From contig JARDVH010000001.1 in NCBI GenBank assembly GCA_030324005.1, forward strand, positions 74,755,414 to 74,819,413: a DNA stretch of 64,000 nt, given 5' to 3'. Numbering within the stretch: the stretch's first letter is position 1; every line of letters starts with the position of its first letter. Shown piece after piece: positions 1 to 31,572 of the stretch. Made by a program: the position numbers and the translations under genes. Under the pieces are notes generated by a model. That model had not been told where the DNA came from. It saw only the letters and a list, made by a program, of their open reading frames with translations, and searched no databases. The stretch is from Negaprion brevirostris (lineage: Eukaryota).

Positions 1-150
1 CATTCTCACAATGTCTGGATGGATTTCCTCTGGGTGCTCTCGTTTCCTCCCACAGTCCGAAAGCCGTGCTGGTTAGGTACAATGGCCATGCTAAATTCAC
101 CCAAACAGGTGCCGGAGTGTGGCGACTAGGGGATTTTCACAGGAACTTTC
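1..150 (+). mobile_element. HE1-type SINE, 3' part (tail type B)
   Basis: Central domain tttcctctgggtgctctcgtttcctcccacagtcc followed by the gactaggggattttcacag tail shared with other copies. Confidence 0.75.
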
Positions 151-230
151 ATCACCCTAAATCTTTTCCAAGTGTTAGTTAGCAGGTTTTGTTTGAAAAA
201 ATATAAATCTTTGTGTATGTTTTCTTTCAG

Positions 231-19616
<19,386 letters not shown>

Positions 19617-20699
19617 GGTGGCACCTCACATGTTCAAAATCCTGGATGTGGAATGAAAATATATTGAGAACTCTCAAAAACTTTCTGCGTAGGTATTTTG
19701 TCTATTTTTGTTTACCAGGCAACTGGCCATCCAATAGCCACTTACCAAGTATTGGTGTATGGACTGCCATCAGGGGCCATGAGGAGATGAAAGCAAAATG
19801 GATTCACCGCATCAGATTGCCCAGCATTTATGTGCAATATTAGAAAAAGTTTCAAGAAAGGATGCAGGACAACAATATGACAATTCTGTTTGAAAAGTAT
19901 GTTGGAGATTTGTGGCAATCGTGGTTCAGGGGATATTTGTAAGTGATATTAATATTGGTATTCTCACTGTCTGAGCTGATAGAATCTATTGCAATTATTT
20001 AAACGTATGCTATTTTGGTTATGAAAGTGGTTATTTAAAGTTATCACAGCAACTAAGCTTTAGTTTTGTTAAAGAGTCGAAATCTGTCACATATTCACTG
20101 GAAAGTATACAAAAAGTTAAACTTTATTAAGTTTTAAAAAGACTAGCATGGACTATATAACTATAAAATAATAACTAAAAGAAGCAACCTAAAAGATAGC
20201 ATTAAAACCAATACTGCAGGATATATTTGATAGTATAGGGCCATTAGCTGTTCAGTATTGTGCTGTTCTGGATAGCAAAAGTGATGCAAACATGCATGGC
20301 TATCAGAATCAACAGCAATAAACATTCTGCAATAGACCATTGAGGAACTTGCAAACATTATTATTTAAAAGGGAATCAATGAGATAATGTAATGATCAAA
20401 TTGGTATTAATAGATAATACTATTAATTCTTTTTCTGTCCTGTGAATAACTTGGATGATGTGAATTTGTTCTACATGTAATAATCTATTTCAATAGGTTC
20501 CCCACCCTGTATCATAAGATATTTTGTGGGCTTACACTTTTTTGAATCTCTGTAGTCATCCTTGAACAAATCTTTGTAATATAAAAAGTTTATATTACTT
20601 CTGTTTATAATTCACTTTGAAGTATATCTTATATGTGATATTTACAAGTTGTATGTAATAATGAAAGTAATGAAGGCTGGTCCTAAATGTATTTGTTTC

Positions 20700-20705
20700 A
20701 ATAAA
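20700..20705 (+). terminator. Candidate polyadenylation signal of the kinase gene
   Basis: AATAAA at the end of a ~1.1-kb AT-rich 3' UTR-like stretch, followed by a U/GU-rich tract; an alternative AATAAA is at 20317-20322. Confidence 0.5.
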
Positions 20706-20710
20706 TTGTT

Positions 20711-21295
20711 GATTTGATTTGATTTATTATTGTCATACTTATTAACATAAGATGAAAAGCGTTTTTCTTGCACACTATACAGACAAAGCATACCGTTTAT
20801 AGAGAAGGAAAAGAGAGAGTGCAGAATGTAGTGTTACAGTCATAGCTAGGGTGTAGAGAAAGATCAACTTTATGCAAGATAAATCCATTCAAAAGTCTGA
20901 CAGCAACTGGGAAGAAGCTGTTCTTGAGTCGGTTGGTAAGTGACCTCAGACTTCTGTATCTTTTTCCTGAAGGAANNNNNNNNNNNNNNNNATCTTTCCA
21001 TTGCTAACACCCGGCAAATTATTCACGTCCTCCTCCGTGAAGACCGAAACAAAAAAGTTATTCAAGGCTAGTTTGCATGATGGATTTGGGCTACATTACA
21101 AGTTCTTTGTGATCATGGACAGAACAGGAGCTACACCAAGCTGTGATACAACCAAAAAGAATGCTTTGCAAGGTGCATCTGTAAAAGTTGGTGAGAATTG
21201 TAGCTGACATGCCAAATTTCCTTAGTCTTCTGAGAAGGTAGAGGTGTTGGTGCGCTTTCTTTACTATAGTTTCAGCACAGGGGGACAAATGTTCG
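20711..21295 (-). mobile_element. Rex1/Babar-like LINE 3' fragment
   Basis: - strand KKAHQHLYLLRRLRKFGMSATILTNFYRCTLQSILFGCITAW; (aaatc)n tail at 20711-20725. Confidence 0.75.
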
Positions 21296-23084
21296 CAATG
21301 CTCAAATATTTTCATTGTGTTGCTGGTGGAGGTGGGAGGTGGGGATGGGGAATGGAGATGGATGTTGATGTGTAAAACTAATAGGGTTTAACTTAACTGC
21401 AATCAACAATATATATGGATACATTATATATATTTTATTTGTCAAATCATGTATATTTGCAAGTAGACAATTGCTGAAAGTAATATTCAAGTATTTTCAT
21501 TGTTACAGTATTATTCGTACAGATCAATCTCAATAGTGAGCTGGATTTTCACCATGTACTCAGAAAGCACAAGTGAGCAAATCAGCTGACCTGGCAGACT
21601 CACCTTCATGGAAATAATCACTGCATGCACAGTTTTTGCTCAAGGTGGAGAGGGTATGTTTGAGTCGGGCTTGCTGCTTTCGGCAGCAGTCAAAGGTGGT
21701 CGTGGAGGTGGACAAGTGTCGAGTTAGAAGGCCAGCCTCAGTTCTCTGAGCTTTCAGAAGTGTTGTGAAAAGTTATTAGGGTCGGTAGCTCTCGCATGGA
21801 GTGTACTCAGGATATGGACTGCTGTACCTGAAAAGCTGGTGGAAGCTGATTCCAAAAATCATTTGAAAANNNNNNNNNNNNNNNNNNNNNNNNNNNNNNN
21901 NNNNNNNNNNNNNNNNNNNNNNNNNNNNNNNNNNNNNNNNNNNNACTGCTCTTTCTAATCCAGAACATAATTGGTTCCTCCAGTCTGTCATCCCGACATG
22001 TGACTGCAAATCCACTGCAATGTGATTGACTCTTAAATGACTCTTAATTGACTCTGACAGCCACTCAGTTCAAGTGAAAACAGGGATGGGCAATAAATGC
22101 TGGCCCAGCCAGTGATGTTCTTTCCCTATGAATAAACTTTTTAAAAATGCCAATAGTTCCCCCGTCAGTGTCACTCTTCATGAAATGAGAACATGGTGTG
22201 GATCGAACCAGTAAATGTAAGCTTTAAGGAACTCATACAGTCTGTATTTGACAATTTAATGGTGCAATTTTAAAATATTAAATATGCATGTGGGAACTGT
22301 GACCTTAAGAGTCTATGTGAGAAATGAGTAGGTGCGAACCTTCAGTTTCCTGTGCAGATGTGACATTAGTTTCTCTGCTAGTTGAAGTTATATTTCCTGT
22401 TAGTTGGTATATGTAAAAAAGAATTGAGGGTGAACATAGAGAGAGAGAGAGGCAACTGATAAACTGGAGAATGAGCAAAAGGGCAAAGGCAATGGATCTC
22501 AAATTCTCCCTCCAGTTCCAACAAACGGTCAAATGGAAATGTTGCTTTTTAAAGTATGAACCAGTGAAAACATGATCAATGATAACAGTGTTTCCTTTGA
22601 AGCTGTGTAGATTTTTTTCATTGTGGACAGATTTTCCTCTTATCAGTATAAATAATTACCTGAGTGAAAGGACATTTAGGCAGGGAGGATGTGGTGTCCG
22701 TGTTGGACCCCTGCTCATGTAAGCACCTAAAAGCTGGGGTAACTCTGTGATGCGTGTGATTCACTCTGCCTGGCATTGCACTAGGTCTTCTAGCCAAGCA
22801 ATAATTTACATTAAAATGTAATAAGTCAAAATCTATTCCATATGCAGCAATTGTTGACAGAGAGAACAACAAACTACTTAAAAAGAACCTGATGAGAAGA
22901 GCTTGCATTTATGTAGCACCTTTCACAAAGGTAGGACATCTCAAAGCACTTCACTGCAAGTTAAATCACTATTGTTTTTGTAGGGTAACACATTAATCAA
23001 TTTGTGCACAGCAACAGTCCACAGACAACAGTGGAACAAGTAATAGTTAATCTGCTTTGGGCGGAGTGATAAAGTTAGCCAAGA

Positions 23085-23380
23085 TATTTTATTCGTGTCA
23101 CAAGTAGGCTTACATTAACACTGCAATGAAGTTACTGTGAACATCTCCTAGTCGCTACACTCTGGCGCCTGTTCGGTACACTGAGGGAGAATTTAGCATG
23201 GCTAATGCACCTAACCAGCACATCTTTCATACTGTGGGAGGAAACCGGAGAACCCAAAGAAAGCCCACACAGACATGGGGAAAACGTGCAAACTCCACAC
23301 CAACAGTGACCCAAGCTGGGAATCAAACCCGAGTCCCTGCTGCTGTGAGGCAGCCATGCTAACCACTGTGCCACCATACC
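23085..23380 (-). mobile_element. HE1-type SINE (tail type B)
   Basis: Reverse complement of the full head, body and tail. Confidence 0.85.
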
Positions 23381-23874
23381 ACCTGTATCAGGGGAACTGA
23401 CCTATCAAGGCATTTTTTTATATACAACTAGCTGGTAGACATAACATCAGTTTACTATGTCTTCTGAAAGATAGGAAAATGCAATGCCTCTAGTAGATTC
23501 CTTACTAGAACCTTGAAGGAGGGCACAACATACATAACCTGAGGCAAGAGTGCTGCCATTGAGTCACAGTGACACTGAAGGATGGGGACTCGAATCTCAA
23601 ACAAAGAACAAAGAACANNNNNNNNNNNNNNNNNNNNNNNNNNNNNNNNNNNNNNNNNNNNNNNNNNNNNNNNNNNNNNNNNNNNNNNNNNNNNNNNNNN
23701 NNNNNNNNNNNNNNNNNGAAGAGCCCCAGTTTCTCCAACCTTTCCTCGTAACTCAGTCCTTCCATGCCAGGCAACATCCTGGTAAACCTCCTCTACACTC
23801 TCTCCAGAGTCTCCATAATGTTCAGCCATTGGAATTTTTTTAGTGACTACTAATGGCCAAATCATTTTCTGGAT

Positions 23875-24197
23875 AGAATCATAGAATCCCTACATTGCAG
23901 AAGGAAGCCATTTGACCCATCGAGTGCACCAACCACAATCTCACCCAGGCCCTATTCCCATAACCCCTCATGTTTACCCTGCTAATCCGCCTGGCATTAG
24001 GGTTAATTTAGCATGGCCAATCAACCTAGCCTGTACATTATTGGGCTGTGGGAGGAAACCGGAGCACCCGGAGGAAACCCACTCAGACATGGGGAGAATA
24101 TGCAAACTCCACACAGGCAGTGACCCAAGACCAAAATTGAATCTGGGTCCCTGGTGCTGTAAGGTTGCAATGCTAACCATTGGGCCACTGTGCCACC
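23875..24197 (-). mobile_element. HE1-type SINE (tail type A)
   Basis: atagaatcatagaatccctac tail through gctaaccattg..gtgccacc head. Confidence 0.85.
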
Positions 24198-25198
24198 TGG
24201 TAGTAATAGGTAGAATTATTCAACTCACATATACATTTATTTTCTATTCATTGATTTATGTTTATTTATTTCTTTAAGACAGCGATAGACAGGTTCTTGA
24301 TTATTAAGGGGATCAGGGGTTATGGAGAAAAGGCAGGAGAATGGGGATGAGAAAACTATCAGCCATGATTGAATGGTGGAGTAGACTGGATGGGCCTAGT
24401 GGCATAATTCTGCTGCTATGTCTTATGGTCTTATGTCTTGCATGCAAGGCCAAATCTTGTAAGAAAACAATATGGTTTGAGAAAAGAACTATCACTTTGG
24501 TGCAAGCTTTTCAGAATTGATGGATTAACATTGGCAGTCTGGAATATACTACTAAAACTGGTGTAACTCTAATTATACTTGAGCTGAAAGTTTGTATAGT
24601 TGGCCCGTGTTATACAGTGACATATAAACAATGCTGAGCAACTTATTCCATTCACATTTCAAACCTATTGAGTTTCGAGCTGTCCCGGCTAATCACACCA
24701 AGCAAGTATAATATTAATACCCAATGAAAATGTATATCCACCCGCAGCACAAGGAAAACAAAGGCATGAGTCACTCTCGTGATTTCACACTGCTCAAAGG
24801 CAGTGAATCTGGATGATTTTAAGTATTAAGCACCCAGATGACATTTGAAACAAGTTATTTTTATTGAAATCAACAAAGCCAGCTTGTGCTTAAGTTGCAT
24901 TTTTTTAAAAATAAAACGTTCCAAGGTGTTTTACACAGTGAGGAGATAACTCAATTCTAGGTCAAAATACCAGCTTTAGGATGGCCTCTTAAAGAAGGAA
25001 CATTGCAAGGATTTAGGATGAGGACCAGGTGATAAACGATTGTGACATTTGGGTGTTATGCCTTGTGATCCCCAGAAGTCTGAAATATTAACATTTTAAA
25101 CAAATATTGGAGATTTCATCAAGTATATTTTTCCAGATCTCTCTATGCACTGCAGTACAACACATTGTCACTTTAGTACAATGGCTAGTGCAGTATCG

Positions 25199-25450
25199 TA
25201 GAATCCCTACAGTGAGGAAGGAGGCCATTCAGGCCATGGAGTCTGCACCAACCATAATCCCACCCAGGCCCTATTCCCATAACCCCATGTATTTACCCTG
25301 CTAATTCCTCTCACACTAAGGTCAATTTAGCATGGCTAATCAACCTAAACTGCACATCTTTGGACTGTGAGAGGAAACCAGAGCACCTGAAGAAAACCCA
25401 AGCAGACATGGGGAGAATGTGCAAACACCATTGTGCCACTATGCTGCCCA
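25199..25450 (-). mobile_element. HE1-type SINE, internally deleted (tail type A)
   Basis: tagaatccctacagtg tail plus central domain. Confidence 0.75.
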
Positions 25451-25536
25451 ACAGTGAGTAATGTGGCACTCTCAACACACATGTATAGGTATGCATAACA
25501 ATATGGTTCTTAAATCACATTAGAATAATGTAAAAT

Positions 25537-25848
25537 GGGCAACACAGTGGCACAGTGGTTATCACTGCTTCCTCACAGTGCCAGGGACCCTGCTTTGATT
25601 CCCGACTTGGGTCACTCTCTGTGCTGAATCTGCACACTCTCTCCGTTTCTATGTAGGTTTCCTCTGGCTGCTCCGGTTTCCTCGCACAGTCTAAAAGACG
25701 TGCTGGTTAGGTGCACTGGCCATTCCAAGTTCTCCCTCAGTGTACCAGAACAGGTGCCAGTGTGTGGTAACTACAGGATTTTCACAGTAACCTCATTGCA
25801 GTGTTAATGTAAGCCTACTTGTGACACTAATAAATAAACTTAAACTTA
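25537..25848 (+). mobile_element. HE1-type SINE (tail type B)
   Basis: Full head to the gtgacactaataaataaacttaaactta tail. Confidence 0.85.
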
Positions 25849-26160
25849 AAAATATAACAGTGGACTTTCGCAAGAGGCAAAAGGTAAAAGAAAGAAAATA
25901 GTGGGGGAGTCTTTTTACCACTGAAGGTGTAAGATAAAGGAAGGGTGAGGCATTGGAGGTATTAAATACAAAGCTCCATTTATTTGTGCCACAACACTAG
26001 GGGGAGCACTTCCTGCACATATACAAAGTGTTGGTCACAGTGAATCAACCTGTGACTGTTCAAAGTGAGAATTGCCTTTGAGTGTAACCGACATTTTATT
26101 CCATCATTTGCAAATAGATATCCTAAATTAACTTTTAAAATGCACACTGAAATCTGATTA

Positions 26161-26853
26161 CAGGTATCTAAAATGGAAATAGTGATTATATGAATTTTCT
26201 GATTCAAGTTGGAAAGGCTTTGTGAAGGCAATTCCAAGCTAACTCAGATAGTAGTTAATCCTAGAGTTATGGGCTTGAGCCCCACAGTGTTGGTGATTTT
26301 TAAAGTTAATATTGTTTAGTAGATTTCTAAAGTTCAAAACATTGAACATTCCAATGTATAATTAGGGAGTAAATTAAAGCAGAACCATGCTAGGATCGAC
26401 TATTCCCCAAAATGATTCAATTGTCAGTTATTACTATTACAGTTTGTATCAGAAGTATATCAGGGCACAATATTTTAAGAAGGGTTTTTGCAGAGACTTT
26501 CAGAAGACTTTGAGAAACATCAAAATGTACGGGCTTCCTCCATCTTGGATTATTTATTAACTTCTGCTATTTTCTACAAATGAATGTATTCTTTGTTAGC
26601 TGGACTCTCCCAGGAAGCCACTGTTTCCTATTGATAATTCTTGTACTTGTGACAAGGGTCTTTATACATTGGAATGTTCAATGTTTTGAATTTTAAAAAT
26701 CTAATAAAAAATATTAACTTTTAAAATTACCAATATTGTGGGGTTCAACTACTAACTAACTACTATCTGGGTTAGCTTGGAATTGCCTTCGCAAAGCTTT
26801 TCCAACTTGAATCAGAAAATTCATATAATCACTATTTCCATTTTGGATATCTG
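26161..26853. mobile_element. MITE-like element with ~200-bp terminal inverted repeats; probably a non-autonomous Tc1/mariner/pogo derivative
   Basis: 26161-26361 is the near-exact reverse complement of 26662-26853; ends read TA|CAG...CTG|TA; ~300-bp non-coding spacer. Confidence 0.7.
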
Positions 26854-28139
26854 TAATGCATTGTAAGTTGAACAGGCTTATCTCTGCAATAGGGAAGAGA
26901 GTTGAAGTGGGATTTGATGCTCTGCAGCAGTGCCGAACAGATCTTATTGAACGGTGTAGAGGATTTCATGGACCAAATGGCCTACTTCTGCTCTCATGTT
27001 TTTGGATCTTAGGATCAGCTGTGCATGTACCTCCAGTCACTGTGTGGCTGAGTGCCCACATGCAACCACTCCTAACACCTTTTTGGTTGGTGGCAGGAAT
27101 TACAGTTTAAACATAAGGGTGAGAATTTTAAGGGTGAGGTGTTGGAACCACCATTGGAAATCCTGTGCTTACACTGGGAGAAAATCATCTAACTCTGCAA
27201 CACAGATCATCAGCCAACAGGCAACATGACACTGTTTGAATTTAATATGTATGTCAGTTTCAAATTTACAAACTTCATACAATGGAACTACAACACAACA
27301 CAACAACACATACACACAACACAGCATGGGAAACAGGCCCTTCGGCCCAACGAGCCCGCACCGCCATCTTAACAATGTATTTTTCCTACACCTCCCTTGA
27401 CCCGTGTCTATGTTTATGGTACCCCCATTGGAAACCAGATTCAGAGGAGAATAATTCAGGGACAATTTGGTACACCAATCAGCCTAAGAGCACATCTTTG
27501 GGGTGTGGGAGGAAACCGGAGCACCCGGAGGAAANNNNNNNNNNNNNNNNNNNNNNNNNNNNNNNNNNNNNNNNNNNNNNNNNNNNNNNNNNNNNNNNNN
27601 NNNNNNNNNNNNNNNNNNNNNNNNNNNNNNNNNNTATCTGCACAGCTAGCAGTGATAGTCACTGAGCTGTTGTGGTGCCCATCTGCTGGTCCAGTTTTAA
27701 GCACACACAAATGACGCGAAGTACTAGGCCGCTCTTGAAACATCCAAGAGCAGCCCACGCACGACCCACCATGTGCATGCCCCTTGTTAGACAACAAGGT
27801 GGACCGACGCACCTGCAGAGTAAAAGAGGCAAAACATCAACACATGTTGCATTAGATTTCCAGGAATGTCCCGAGGTTCTGATCCTTATTTAAAACCGTC
27901 TTCTATAACCCTCCATCCCTGTTTCGTTCATGTGTCTATCTAAGTAAACCTTAAAAAAGTCCAGCGTGCCTGCCTCCACCACCTTACTTGGTAGTGCATT
28001 CCATTCCCCCACGACCCTCTGTGTGAAAAACCTCCCTGTAGCATCCAAATTATACTTCTCCCCCCTCAGCCCAAGCTCGTGGCCCCTTGTTATATTAGTG
28101 CAGACAAAACTTGCCAGTCATCATCTGTTGGTAATCCAG

Positions 28140-28285
28140 GAGCATTAATTAAAATACAGGGGAAGATGAAAGATGTCCACAACTGGCATGCAGGTAATGG
28201 GTTATCCAACTTGGATATTGGACAGAAAGTTTTAGTACAACATCCAGCTGATTGTATCTGGAATCCAGCAGAAATCATTAGCACA
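28140..28285 (+). mobile_element. Gypsy-like integrase C-terminal remnant
   Basis: KMKDVHNWHAG..LSNLDIGQKVLVQHP....WNPAEII resembles the K..YD.HA..L..L..GQ.V.VQ.....W.PA.V pattern of Ty3/Gypsy integrase C-termini. Confidence 0.45.
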
Positions 28286-28549
28286 TGACCTCCAACAGCC
28301 ACAACCATCTTCCTTTGTGCCAGGTATGTTTCCAACCCATTGGTTCCAGTTTTCCTTGGGTTTCCTTGATGCCACAGTTGGTCAAATGATGCCTTGATGT
28401 CAATGGTAGTCACTCTCAACTCACCTCTGGAGTTCAGCTCTTTAGCCCATAGCATAGAGAATGAGTTAATTAACTTTGTAACACTTGAAAGAATGAGAAA
28501 AAATATCCAGTAGTCTAGATGCATCCTGTTTTCATATATTTCAGATAAA

Positions 28550-29052
28550 TGTAACTTTGTTTTCGTGTGCCCAGACAGCAGCTGCTCCTGCTATTATACA
28601 CAAGTTTATGATAAGTCCGCTGGGAAATGTAGCTGACCCAGTTTGTAGTTAAGCTGTGTCTTTAATTTCGTGGACTTTCGCCTAATATAGTGAAGCCTAC
28701 ATGTCCTAAATATATTTCGTATATAGATTGTTATACCGGCCCGTTAAGTTTAACTTGTCTTGTCAGCCTGTACGTTAGCTAAGGGCTAATCACACACGTC
28801 AATCGCGGTCTTGAGATAACCATGAAGAAGTGCCGAGGCAGCCATGTTCCCACGATGGAGGACAACCCATAACCTGCTGAGAATGGGAAGATGCATACGT
28901 GACCAAGGGGTATAAATGTATGCTCTTAACTTGTGTTCGGGGAGACGCCTGGGGAACCGCTGTTAGGTGACAGGTGTATCTCCCAAAAGCTTTTGAATAA
29001 ACTGCTGTACTTTGACTCACAATTAGTCTCAGAGGTATCTTTACCTACAACA
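28550..29052 (+). mobile_element. LTR-like sequence (5' boundary uncertain)
   Basis: TATAAA at 28911-28916, AATAAA at 28996-29001, ends in ...ACAACA; more CpG than its flanks; lies downstream of the integrase-like remnant. Confidence 0.5.
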
Positions 29053-29674
29053 CCCATGTTTGAATCTGAACCCAATGACCTAATCTTTAATGAAGAGTAT
29101 TCGAAAATTGTAGGAAAGCACAGTATTTACTTACTAAGATTTTAATGGCAAGTATTCTTCATCCTGCACTTTTTTCTAGGATGTTGGATAGGTAGGTGTA
29201 CCTGGGGTGTATGCTCCTATATTGAACTCACCATCCCTGGATTTGGTGGATCAGGCTGTTGACTTTCCCAATCACATCTCACTTCAGCTTAGAAATGTAG
29301 CTGGGATTACAGACTCAGACTTCAGGGCCTCCTAGATGGTGTTGATAAACAAGATTGTGAAGACCTCCACATCCAGAGGTCTATGGATATTCTGGAAGAA
29401 AAGTGTTGTCCTTATTTCCTCATGCCTCCTTTCTCTAAGATACTCTGATCTTAGAAGGTTCAGGAACAAGGCTCAATATTAGCTTCACAAGTGGCCTTGC
29501 AACAAACCTTGATGAAGATCAAGTGGGATGGCTAGAAATACCCCTGCCCAACTTAATTTCATGGCCACTCTTCCACTGTACTTATTTTAGATGTAGGCAG
29601 TTCATCTACCCAGAGAGGGAGCCTTAGAGATCCTGGGACAACGTGAAGAGGCACAGAGTCTATTCTCTTCTCTT

Positions 29675-30180
29675 ACATAAGAACTAAGAGCAGATGTAGG
29701 CCATCTGGCCCTTGAGCTTGCTCCACCATTCAATAAGATCATGACTGATCTTTTCGTGGACTCAGCTCCACTTACCCATCCGTTCACCATAACCTTAATT
29801 GCTTTATTGTTCAAAAATCTATCTTTCTTTGCCTTGCAAACATTCAATGAGGTAACCTCAACTGCTCCACTGGGCAGGGAATTCCACAGACTCACAACCC
29901 TTTGGGTGAAGAACTTCCTGCTGTACTCAGTCTTAAATCTGTTCCCCCTATATTGAGGCCATTCCCCTTAGTTCCCCACCAGCGAAAACAACCTCCCTGC
30001 TTCTATCTTGTTTATTCCTTTCATAATTTTATATGTTTCTATAAGATCGGCCCTTCATTCTTCTAAGTTCCAATGAGTATAGTCCCAGTCTACTCAATCT
30101 CTCCTCATAAGCCAATCCTCTCAACTCCAGAATCAACCTAGTCAATCTCCTCTGCAGCCCCTCCAGTGCCAGTATATCCT
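29675..30180 (-). mobile_element. CR1-type LINE 3' end
   Basis: - strand reads RKFFTQRVVSLWNSLP; acataagaactaagagcag tail. Confidence 0.85.
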
Positions 30181-30309
30181 TATTTTCTTATTTTCTGAAT
30201 TTTGCATCTAGGGAATAAGGGTTCCTTGAGTACAAATCAACTGAAAAATCAGCCCCACAGCAACATTTGCTGCATGCAGCATTTCTGTTGGTGATTTTAT
30301 TTCTTTCTT

Positions 30310-30990
30310 CTTTCACGGGATGTGGGCATCAATGGAAAGCCCAGCCGATCCATCGTTCTTGAACTGAGTGTGTTGCTAGCCCGTTGCAGAAGACAATTAA
30401 GTGTCAACCACATTAGTGTGGGTCTAATATCACATATAGCAAAACAGGGTGAGGATGGTTGATTTCAGAGAATCCCTACAGTGCAGAAGGAGGCCATTTT
30501 GCTCATAGAATCTGCACCGACTCTCTAACAGAGTATCTTACTCAGGCCCACCCCCTTCCCTATCCCCATAACCCCACACATTTACCCCACTAATTCACTT
30601 AACCTACACATCTTTGAAAGGACAATTTAATGTGGCCAATCCATCTAACCTGCACATGTTCTTACTGTGGGAGGAAACTGGAGCACCCAGGGGAAATCCA
30701 CATAGACAGTCACCCAAGGCCAAAATCAAACCTGGGTCCCTGGCACTATGATGCAGCAGTGCTAACCATTGTGCCACCAGGTAATCTCATTCCTAAAATT
30801 TCCATGCCTAAAAGACATGAGTGAACCAGATGAGTTTTTACAACAATTGATGGTAGTTGTCACAGTCACCATTACTGATATTCCAGATTTATAATTGAAT
30901 ATAAATTCCACCTGTTGCCATGATGGGATTTGAACCTGTATCCCCAGAGCATTAGCCTAGGCCTCTGGGTTACGAGTCCAGTGACAGTTA
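30310..30990 (-). mobile_element. Second-family SINE split by a nested HE1-type SINE (~30468-30780)
   Basis: Host sequence breaks at gatttc (~30466) and resumes near cctaaaagacatgagtgaaccagatg (~30807). Confidence 0.7.
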
Positions 30991-31290
30991 CTGACAAAGT
31001 CACTTCCAATTTATAATCGACATTGGTGCTGATGGCTAGTTACAACTGCTGCCAACTACAGAGCAAGAAAGTAGAAAAACAGCTAAATTACACATTAAAA
31101 AATACATTTACGTAATATCTTATCTCATCTCTTGGGAATTTGCCACTCGACATCAAACAAATCACAATGCTGTCTTTGTTGTGTAAGCAAGTGCAGCAGC
31201 TACTTTGTACATAGCAAAGCCCCACAAGTGGGAAAGCAATGACTGTCTGGCTTGTTTAATTTTTAATGGTAATGTGTGAAGGGAAAATGT

Positions 31291-31572
31291 TCATAGAATA
31301 CCCAGTACAGACGGAGGGCATTCGGCCCATTGAGACTGCACCAATAACAATCCTACCCAGGCCCTATCCCCACAACCCCACTTACTTACCCTGCTAATCT
31401 CCCTGATGTCAAGGGAAAATTTAGCATGGCCAATCCATCCAACCAGACAGCATCCAGAGGAAGTCCACACAGGTTTGAGGCACACATGCAAACTCCGCAC
31501 ACTGATCCAAGCACAGGAATTGAACCCAGGTCCTTAACACTGTGAGGCAGCAGAGCTAACCACTGTGCCACC
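31291..31572 (-). mobile_element. HE1-type SINE (tail type A)
   Basis: tcatagaat tail to gctaaccactgtgccacc head. Confidence 0.8.
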
